Of a stretch of DNA of 64,000 nt, positions 56,737 to 64,000 are shown piece by piece. The position numbers and the translations under genes were made by a program. The notes beneath the pieces were generated by a model. It had not been told where the DNA came from, did not search any database, and saw only the letters and a program-made list of their open reading frames with translations. Positions within the stretch are counted from its first letter, which is position 1. Each line of letters begins with the position of its first letter. Source of the DNA: an uncultured Gemmataceae bacterium (lineage in GTDB: Bacteria; Planctomycetota; Planctomycetia; Gemmatales; Gemmataceae); NCBI GenBank assembly GCA_963750165.1, contig CAVVPN010000003.1, positions 2,560,001 through 2,624,000 of the forward strand, given 5' to 3'.

Positions 56737-58628
56737 GCGATTTCATTGTGCTCGGCACCGACACCGACGCGGGCAAGACGACGTTCGCACTGCTGTGGCT
56801 GGCGGCGTTCGCAGACGAGTATGCGTACTGGAAGCCGCTCGAAACCGGCGCGTCCGACAGTGACACCCTGCGGTCCCTGGTGCCCGGCGCCACGGTTCAC
56901 CCGCCGCTGGCGTCGTTTCAGAGTCCGGTCGCGCCGCTGCTGGCGGCGATTCAGTCCGGGGGCACGGTCCCCAGCGCCGCCGCCATCGCCGCGTCCCGCC
57001 CCGCCGCACATCCCCTGCTCATCGAAACCTTTGGCGGCCCGTTCTCTCCACTGAACGCTGACGAGCTGCAGACGGAATTGGTGCGGCGACTGGCTCTGCC
57101 GTGTGTACTGGTGACACCGTCGCGCGTCGGCGCCATCGGCCGCACCCTGCAATGTCTGGAAGCATTGCAGTCGCACAGCCTTTATCCCGCCGCGGTCGTG
57201 CTGCTGGGGCCGCCGGACGACTTCGCGGTCGAGCAGATCGCCCGGCACCGCCCGCACCTGCCCGTCTTCGGCGTCGAGCCGCCTGCCGCCTGGCAGCCCG
57301 AATCCGTCGCCGCCGCGGCCCAGCGGCAGCGCCCGATCCTGGACGCCCTCCGCGCCTGCCTGCCGCCGCCGACCGACACAACCGCGGAGTGGGTCGCGCG
57401 CGACCGCCGCGCCGTCTGGCACCCGTACACATCGCTGGCCGAGCCGGACGCGCCGCTGGTGGCGGTCGCGGCGCAGGACGAGTTCATCACCCTGGCCGAC
57501 GGCCGCCGCGTCATTGACGGCATTTCCTCGTGGTGGACGATCCTGCACGGCCACCGCCACCCGGTACTGCTGGAGGCGCTGCGGCAGGCGCTGGCGGTCT
57601 TCGATCACGTCCACTTCGCCGGCGTCACGCACTCCCCGGCGGTCGAGCTGGCGGAGCTGCTGCTGCACAGCGCCCCGTGGCCGTCCGGCGGCCGCGTCTT
57701 CTACTCGGACAACGGCAGCACCGCGGTCGAGGTGGCGCTGAAGCTGGCGTATCAATTCTGGTGCCACCAGGGCGAGTTGCAACGGACCTGCTTCATCGGC
57801 TTCGAGCACGGCTACCACGGCGATACCTTCGGCGCCATGGCGCTGAGCCGCGACCCGGTGTTCTTCGGCCGCTTCGAGCCGCTGCTGTTCGAGGCGGAGA
57901 TGGTGCCGGTGTCGGCGGAGCGGCTGGACGCGGCGCTGACGCGGCGGGCGGGCCGGGTGGCGGCGGTGCTGCTGGAGCCGCTGGTGCAGGGCGCCGGCGG
58001 CATGCGCATGCATACGCCGGACGAACTGCGGGCCATCGCCGAGGTGACGCGGCGGCACGGCGTGCTGTTCATCGCGGATGAGGTGATGACGTGCGGCCGC
58101 ACCGGCACGGTCTGGGCGCACACGGCGGCGGGCGTGGCGCCGGACCTGATCTGCGCCGCCAAGACGCTGACGGGTGGCATGCTGCCGCTGGCCGCGACGC
58201 TGGCGGCGCCGCACATCGTCGAAGCGTGGCAGACGAGCGACCCGGCGCGGACGTTCTTCCACGGCCACTCGTTCACGGCGCATCCGCCGGCCTGTGCGGT
58301 CGCCATCGCCAGCTGGCGGCTGCTGCTGGAGCGGGGACTGCAGGAGGCGCGGCGCATCGAGGCGTTCTGGCGACAGGCGCTGCCGCCGCTGCGGGAGGCG
58401 CCAGGCGTGCGCGACGTGCGCGTGTGCGGCAGCATCGCCGCGGTGGAACTGGACGTGGCGGGCGGTTATCTGGCCGACGTGGGGCGTGAACTGCGACGGC
58501 GCTGTCTGGAGCAGGGCGTATTGCTGCGGCCGCTGGGCAACGTGCTGTATGCGCTGCCGCCGTTGTGTACGTCGGCGGAGTCGCTATGCCGCATTGCCGC
58601 GGCCATCGCGATGGCGGTACAATCCTGA
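56733..58628 (+). CDS. bioD-bioA: Bifunctional dethiobiotin synthetase / DAPA aminotransferase fusion
   Basis: N-half GTDTDAGKT, WKPLETG, IETFGG; C-half VWHPYT, DGISSWW, DNGSTAVEVALK, YHGDT, DEVMT, AKTLTGG, HGHSF; one uninterrupted 631-aa frame. Confidence 0.92.
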   Translation: MSDFIVLGTDTDAGKTTFALLWLAAFADEYAYWKPLETGASDSDTLRSLVPGATVHPPLASFQSPVAPLLAAIQSGGTVPSAAAIAASRPAAHPLLIETFGGPFSPLNADELQTELVRRLALPCVLVTPSRVGAIGRTLQCLEALQSHSLYPAAVVLLGPPDDFAVEQIARHRPHLPVFGVEPPAAWQPESVAAAAQRQRPILDALRACLPPPTDTTAEWVARDRRAVWHPYTSLAEPDAPLVAVAAQDEFITLADGRRVIDGISSWWTILHGHRHPVLLEALRQALAVFDHVHFAGVTHSPAVELAELLLHSAPWPSGGRVFYSDNGSTAVEVALKLAYQFWCHQGELQRTCFIGFEHGYHGDTFGAMALSRDPVFFGRFEPLLFEAEMVPVSAERLDAALTRRAGRVAAVLLEPLVQGAGGMRMHTPDELRAIAEVTRRHGVLFIADEVMTCGRTGTVWAHTAAGVAPDLICAAKTLTGGMLPLAATLAAPHIVEAWQTSDPARTFFHGHSFTAHPPACAVAIASWRLLLERGLQEARRIEAFWRQALPPLREAPGVRDVRVCGSIAAVELDVAGGYLADVGRELRRRCLEQGVLLRPLGNVLYALPPLCTSAESLCRIAAAIAMAVQS

Positions 58629-58664
58629 CGGAAACCGTGCGCTGATTTCCGGGGAGAAATGGTC

Positions 58665-59352
58665 ATGCCGATTCACGATTGGTCGCACGTAGATGCTGGG
58701 ATTTTCCACGCCTTCCACCAGCAGTGGCTCATTTCACTTACCAACGCGCTGAATAGTGGCGTTCTGCCATCGGATTACTACGCACTACCAGAACAGCACG
58801 CGGCCGGGTTTGGGCCGGATGTCCTGACTTTGCAAGGCGCAGGAGGACAACAACGAACCGGCGAGCGAGACGGACATGGAGTTCTACCGCCGCAAGCAGA
58901 AGCCCATCGTCGTCCGCCACGTCAGCGGTGATCGTGTCGTGGCCATGATCGAGATCGTCTCGCCTGGCAACAAGTCCAACCGCAATGCCCTCCGCTCATT
59001 CGTCGAAAAGGCGGCCGAACTGCTCGACCAGCGGATTCACCTGCTGATTATCGACCTGCTGCCGCCCGGCCGCCGCGACCCGCAGGGCATCCACGCCGCC
59101 CTCTGGGAGTACATCGCCGGCCAGGAATACGAGCCGGCCGCCGGCAAGCCATTGACGCTGGCGGCTTACGAAACAGTCCTGACTGTGCGGGCGTTCGTCC
59201 AGCCCGTGGCGGTCGGCGACACGCTGCCCGACATGCCGCTGTTCCTGGAGCCGAACGGCTGCGTGCCCGCGCCGCTGGAGGCCACCTATCAGACCGCCTT
59301 CGCTGCCATGCCGCGGCGCTGGCGGCGCGTCCTGGAAGCGCCGGCCTCCTGA
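58665..59352 (+). CDS. DUF4058 family protein; frameshift at ~58841
   Basis: MPIHDWSHVDAGIFHAFHQQW...LPSDYYALPEQ; second frame IEIVSPGNK...IHLLIIDL...LPDMPLFL...LEATY. Confidence 0.85.
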
Positions 59353-59422
59353 CCGGTCAGCAGCGACGCCGGAGGAACCGAAGCGTCCCAGTTTATTCCC
59401 CTGAATGCCAAAAGGATCGTCC

Positions 59423-60340
59423 ATGCCTTCCAACGATTTCCGCCTGCCGGACGACTTCCCCGACCTGTCGCTTCCGGAGCGCACCGACAAGCCCGCCGAG
59501 CCCGCTCACCCGGCGGCTCCCCGCGCTCCGTCTGGCTGGCGCGTCGGCGACCGCGTCCTGGCGCCGTGGGAGCCGCAGTTCCTCTACGCCGGCCGCGTCG
59601 CCCAGCTCGACGGCAACCGCGCCCTCATCCAGTTCGACGACGGCGACGCCGGCTGGGTCGTGGCCGAGCAAATCCTGCCATTGACCATCCCGAAAGGGCA
59701 AAAAGTCCTCAGCCGCAAGCGCATGGGCCAGGCATTCTTCCCCGGCGAGATCCGCGAGGTGCGCGGCGACGAGGTGCTGGTCGTCTTCGCCGACGGCGGC
59801 GAGGAATGGACGCGCGTCGGCGCCCTCCGCATTCCCTGCCAGCCGCGCGGCGGAGCGACGCCCACCCAGGTCGCCTCGCACCTGGCCTTCCTGCAACACC
59901 TGCAGCCCGGCGACCGCGTCTCGGCGCCCTCGGCCGGCGACCTGCTCCGCGTCGGCAGCGTCCACCTGATCGAGGAGCGGCAGGCCTACATTCGGTTCGA
60001 CGACGGCAGCCGAAGCTGGGTGCCCCTTGAGCAACTCGTACCATTGCAGATCCCCGTCGGGCTGCGGGTGCTGGGGCGGTGGCGGATGGGCCGCGATTTC
60101 CACCCGGGCACGGTCGCCGAGGTGGACGGCGACCGGATTTATCTGCGCTACGATGATGGCAACGTGGAATGGACCACGCCCGCGGCCCTGGCGCTGCCCA
60201 CCCAGTCCATCGACCCGAGCGCCCACCCCGCCCGGCAGGACGTCCCCGTGCAGCAGGGCTCGGGCGGTCGGGGGAAGTGGTTCTGGATCGTCATCGTGAT
60301 CTGGATCCTGGGCTCGGTGCTACGCGCGTGCAGCCGCTGA
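59423..60340 (+). CDS. Four tandem Tudor/Agenet-like domains with C-terminal TM anchor
   Basis: Four ~50-aa units G(D/Q/L)(R/K)Vxx...(Y/F)xG.V......xF/YDDG...W, then WFWIVIVIWILGSVL. Confidence 0.75.
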   Translation: MPSNDFRLPDDFPDLSLPERTDKPAEPAHPAAPRAPSGWRVGDRVLAPWEPQFLYAGRVAQLDGNRALIQFDDGDAGWVVAEQILPLTIPKGQKVLSRKRMGQAFFPGEIREVRGDEVLVVFADGGEEWTRVGALRIPCQPRGGATPTQVASHLAFLQHLQPGDRVSAPSAGDLLRVGSVHLIEERQAYIRFDDGSRSWVPLEQLVPLQIPVGLRVLGRWRMGRDFHPGTVAEVDGDRIYLRYDDGNVEWTTPAALALPTQSIDPSAHPARQDVPVQQGSGGRGKWFWIVIVIWILGSVLRACSR

Positions 60341-60451
60341 GGCCGCGCCGCCGGATTGCCCTTGCCGCCGCGGCCGCGTTCTGCGAAGCAATACCAGGGG
60401 CGCCGCGGGACCGCCCTCACCGCATGAACCGCCCCGCGAGTGAGGCCGCGC

Positions 60452-62261
60452 ATGACCGTGTTGCTGAGCGTCCAGGGGCTGACCAGGGGTTTCGGGCCCC
60501 GGCCGCTGTTCACCGATCTGTCCCTCGACCTCCGCGCCGGCGAGCGCGTCGGCCTCATCGGCCCCAACGGCTCCGGCAAAACGACGCTGCTGCGGTTGCT
60601 GGCCGGCCTCGACGAGCCCGACGCCGGCAACCGTGCCCTGCGCCGCGGCGCCCGCCTCGGCTACGTCCCGCAGGACGACACCTTCCCGCCCGGCCAGTCC
60701 GCCCGCGCCGCCGTGCTCGCCGCCCTGGCCGCGGAGCCTGGCGAGGAGCACGAGCACGAAACCCGGGCTGCCATCGCGCTGACGCAGGTGGGCTTCGCCG
60801 ACCCGGACCAGGCCGCCGACACGCTCTCTGGCGGCTGGCGCAAACGGCTGGCGCTGGCCCGCGCCCTGGTCCTGCGGCCCGAACTGCTGCTGCTCGACGA
60901 GCCCACCAACCATCTCGATTTGCCGGCCGTCGCCTGGCTGGAGCGGTTGCTGCAGGGGGCCCCCTTCGGCTACGTCGTCGCCACGCACGACCGGGCTTTC
61001 CTGCGCGGTCGCCGGCGAGGTCATCGAGATCAACTGCGCTTACCCCGGCGGCTACTTCCGCGCGGCCGGCCCCTACGACGACTTCGCCGAGCGGCGCGCG
61101 CAGTTTTTGGAAGCGCAGGCACGGCGTGAGGAGTCGGTCGCCAACCAGGTACGCCGCGAGACAGAGTGGCTGGGCCGCAAGGAATCCGCCCAGCGCAGCA
61201 AGTCCGCGGCACGCATCGCGGACGCCGCCCAGCGCCGCCAGGAACTTGCGGAATTGCGCTACCGCAATTCCGCCGGCGGCGCCGCGGGCATTGATTTTGT
61301 CGGCACTGGCCGGCAGTCGCGCAAGCTGCTGACCGCGATCGGGCTGGCGAAGGCGCTCGGCGGCCGGCCGCTGTTCGCGGGGCTCGACCTGCTGCTGACG
61401 CCCGGCACCCGGCTCGGCGTGCTCGGCGCCAACGGCAGCGGCAAGAGCACACTGCTGCGCGTGCTGGCGGGCGAGCTGGCCCCGGACGCCGGCACCGTCA
61501 CGCGGGCCGAGGGGCTGCGGGCGGTGATGTTCGAGCAAGGTCGGGCCAGCCTGGACCCGGCGGCGCCGCTGCGGAAGGCGCTGTGCCCCAATGGCGACAC
61601 CGTGGTTTATCGTGGGAAATCGCTGCACGTGATCGCCTGGGCGAAGCAGTTCCTGTTCCGCGAGGAGCAGATGGACGTGCCGGTGGACGACCTGTCCGGC
61701 GGCGAGCAGGCGCGCGTGCGCATCGCCCAGCTGATGCTGCGGCCGGCCGACCTGCTGCTGCTCGACGAGCCAACCAACGATCTGGACATCCCGGCGCTGG
61801 AGGTGCTGGAAGAGAGCTTGACGGAGTTCCCCGGGGCGCTGGCGGTGGTGAGCCACGACCGCGAATTGCTGGACCGTGTGTGTACGGAGGTGGTCGGGCT
61901 GGACGGCCGCGGCGGCTCGGCGATGTACGGCAGCGTCGGGCAGTGGCTGACGGCCTACGAGCGCGCGGCGGCAGAAGCGGCGGAGGCGGCCAGGCCCGCG
62001 GCGGCAGCGGCGCCCCGGCCGGCGACCGCGGCCGTAAAGCCGCGCCGCCTCAGCTACCGCGAGCAGCAGGAACTGGAGCAGATGGAGGCCGCCATCCTCG
62101 CCGCCGAGGAAACGGTGGTCGAGCGCCAGACGGCGGTCGAGCGGGCGGCGACCGCGGGACACGTCGCGCTGGCGGACGCCTGCCGGGCGCTGGAGGAGGC
62201 GCAGCGGACGGTCGAGCGGCTGTACGAGCGCTGGCAGGAGCTGGAGGCGCGGCGCACATGA
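60452..62261 (+). CDS. ABC-F family ATPase (Uup-like); frameshift at ~61006
   Basis: GPNGSGKT, LSGGW, LLDEPTNHLD; GANGSGKST, LSGGE, LLDEPTNDLD; C-terminal RLSYREQQELE...LYERWQELE domain. Confidence 0.92.
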
Positions 62262-64000
62262 CTGTAGATGAACGATTCCTGCAAGCGATCCGGAACCAGC
62301 CGGACGACGACGCGCCGCGGCTCATCTTCGCCGACTGGTTGGAGGAGCACGGCCGGGCCGAGCAAGCCGAGTTCATCCGCGTTCAGTGTGCGCTGGCAAC
62401 CGCGGCGGAGCACGAGCCGGGGCGAAACGAGCTACTGGCTCGTACTGAAGAACTCCAGAGCCGGCATGAGGTTGACTGGCAGGCAAGACTACCCGAGATC
62501 CCTGGGGTGACCTGGCTTTCGTTCCGGCGGGGTTTTCCCGACGCTATCGAGGCGGATGAGCCCGCAACTTTCCTGCGCTACGCCTCACGTATCTTCGCCG
62601 CCGCGCCGGTCCAGCAGGTCCGATTTTTCTCGTGTCCTGACGACCAGGCGGAGGAGTTGGCGCGCTCCCCCTACCTGGCTCGTCTGGCCACCCTGGACCT
62701 GAACTCCGCCGCCTTCGGCGAACGGGGCCTGTCATCCTTTTGGCATTCCCCACACCTCCGTGGTCTGCGCTCCCTGCTGTTGGCCGACACCGAACCGGGT
62801 TTGGCAGTCATCGAAGAACTGGCATCCTCCACCGTTCTGCCTGGGCTTGCGACCCTGGACCTGCGGCACAACATGCTCGACGACACCCACGTGCAAATGT
62901 TGGCGACGGGCCGCCACTTGCCGGGGTTGCGTCGCCTCCGTCTGGCCCGCAACGGCATCGGCGACGAGGGCCTGCAGGCGCTGGCGTCCGCGCCGTTCCT
63001 TGCCGGGCTCACACACCTGGACCTCTCCGAGACGTCTGTCGGTAACGAGGGCTTGCAGATACTGGCACACTCGAGGCGCGCTTCGGGATTGCAATCGCTG
63101 GACCTCGCCGAGGACCTGGATGTCGGCGATGCGGGCGTGATGGCACTGGTGGCGTCCGATTGGCGGGCGCTGACCAGTCTCCGCTTGAACGGCACGCAGA
63201 TCGGTCCCAACGGGGTTGCCGCGCTGGCGGCCTCGGCCGTGGTGGAGCGCTTGCGCTACCTGGACCTCGGTTCCCTGGAACTGAATCATGCTGCCATCCA
63301 ACGCCTGGCAACTTCCCGCTTCCTGAGCGGCTTGACACGCCTGGGCCTGTCCATGAGCGGGTTGGGGGACGAGGACGCAATCCTGCTGGCCACCTCGCCG
63401 GTGTTGCACTCCCTCCGCGAGCTGGATCTCAGCTTCAACGGCATCGGCGACCCGGGTGTACGGCGGCTCGCCTTGAGCGCGCCGCTCAGTGGCCTGGAAT
63501 CATTGGCACTGGAGAGCACCCAGCTGGGATGGGCCGGGGCAGAAGCCCTGGCCGGCACGGAGTGCTTGACCGGGTTGAGGAAGTTGGGCGTCGGGTACAA
63601 CGCCATCGGTGTCGCGGGGGCGAAGGCACTGGTGGCCTCCCCCCGGTTGCAGCGGGTCACGAACCTGAACCTGAACAGTACCACGCTGAGCCCCACCGGA
63701 CTCGCGGAACTCCTTGAACTGCCGGAGGTCTCCCGCTTGCGGACGCTGGAATTGTGTGGTAACGAACTGGGGGATGAAGGCTGCCAGGCGCTGGCGCGTT
63801 GCCCACACCTGGCGTCCTTAAGGACGCTCTGGCTCAGCAGCAACGGCATTGGGGACGCCGGGGCGATCGCCCTGGCCCGATCGTCGCACCTGGGCTCGTT
63901 GATTCGCCTGCACCTGTACAACAACAAGATCGCCGACGCCGGCGCCCAGGCACTGGCAGACTCGCACGACCTGGCGCGCCTGCGCACCGTGGACCTGCGG
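62258..64000 (+). CDS. TIGR02996 domain plus leucine-rich repeat protein (3'-partial; absent from the ORF track)
   Basis: ATGA overlap with ABC-F. Hand translation gives MTVDERFLQAIRNQPDDDAPRLIFADWLEEHG...AEFIRVQC...FRRGF, then LxxLxLxxNxIGDxGxxxLA repeats; the same frame holds at base 64000. Confidence 0.92.
   Translation, partial: MTVDERFLQAIRNQPDDDAPRLIFADWLEEHGRAEQAEFIRVQCALATAAEHEPGRNELLARTEELQSRHEVDWQARLPEIPGVTWLSFRRGFPDAIEADEPATFLRYASRIFAAAPVQQVRFFSCPDDQAEELARSPYLARLATLDLNSAAFGERGLSSFWHSPHLRGLRSLLLADTEPGLAVIEELASSTVLPGLATLDLRHNMLDDTHVQMLATGRHLPGLRRLRLARNGIGDEGLQALASAPFLAGLTHLDLSETSVGNEGLQILAHSRRASGLQSLDLAEDLDVGDAGVMALVASDWRALTSLRLNGTQIGPNGVAALAASAVVERLRYLDLGSLELNHAAIQRLATSRFLSGLTRLGLSMSGLGDEDAILLATSPVLHSLRELDLSFNGIGDPGVRRLALSAPLSGLESLALESTQLGWAGAEALAGTECLTGLRKLGVGYNAIGVAGAKALVASPRLQRVTNLNLNSTTLSPTGLAELLELPEVSRLRTLELCGNELGDEGCQALARCPHLASLRTLWLSSNGIGDAGAIALARSSHLGSLIRLHLYNNKIADAGAQALADSHDLARLRTVDLR

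Overview
GC-rich bacterial window, most likely from a planctomycete of the Gemmataceae type. This assignment is inferred from family content: a DUF1592/DUF1552 pair, DUF4058, HYExAFE, a TIGR02996-LRR protein and a giant dockerin-bearing passenger protein. Order: (1) 3' part of a >3,400-aa adhesin (beta-helix, 16 Ig-like repeats, cohesin-dockerin-cohesin); (2) a scar joining an ankyrin remnant and a MazF remnant; (3) DUF1592 and DUF1552 genes split by an inserted toxin-antitoxin cassette; (4) a molybdopterin oxidoreductase; (5) four CCA-less tRNAs; (6) a G8 protein and Hsp20; (7) three tandem DUF2330 paralogs with hypervariable loops; (8) gatB, a secreted Gly/Tyr/His-repeat protein, creatininase, BON lipoprotein and SDR; (9) a gmd-wzm-wzt-manA-GT4-gmd-like surface polysaccharide locus beside asnB; (10) a receiver/coiled-coil protein, hisIG, apt and a GNAT; (11) an rpsU-desaturase-desaturase operon; (12) HYExAFE, hisS, site-2 protease, a coiled-coil membrane protein and SMP-30; (13) bioB-bioF-bioDA fusion; (14) DUF4058, a four-Tudor membrane protein, ABC-F and TIGR02996-LRR. 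Many intergenic gaps carry palindromic elements from different sequence families, including a three-copy MITE-like element nested with REPs. About 15 single-base frameshifts are scattered through otherwise intact genes and look like assembly indel errors. All family names come from motif recognition by eye; no database search was run.
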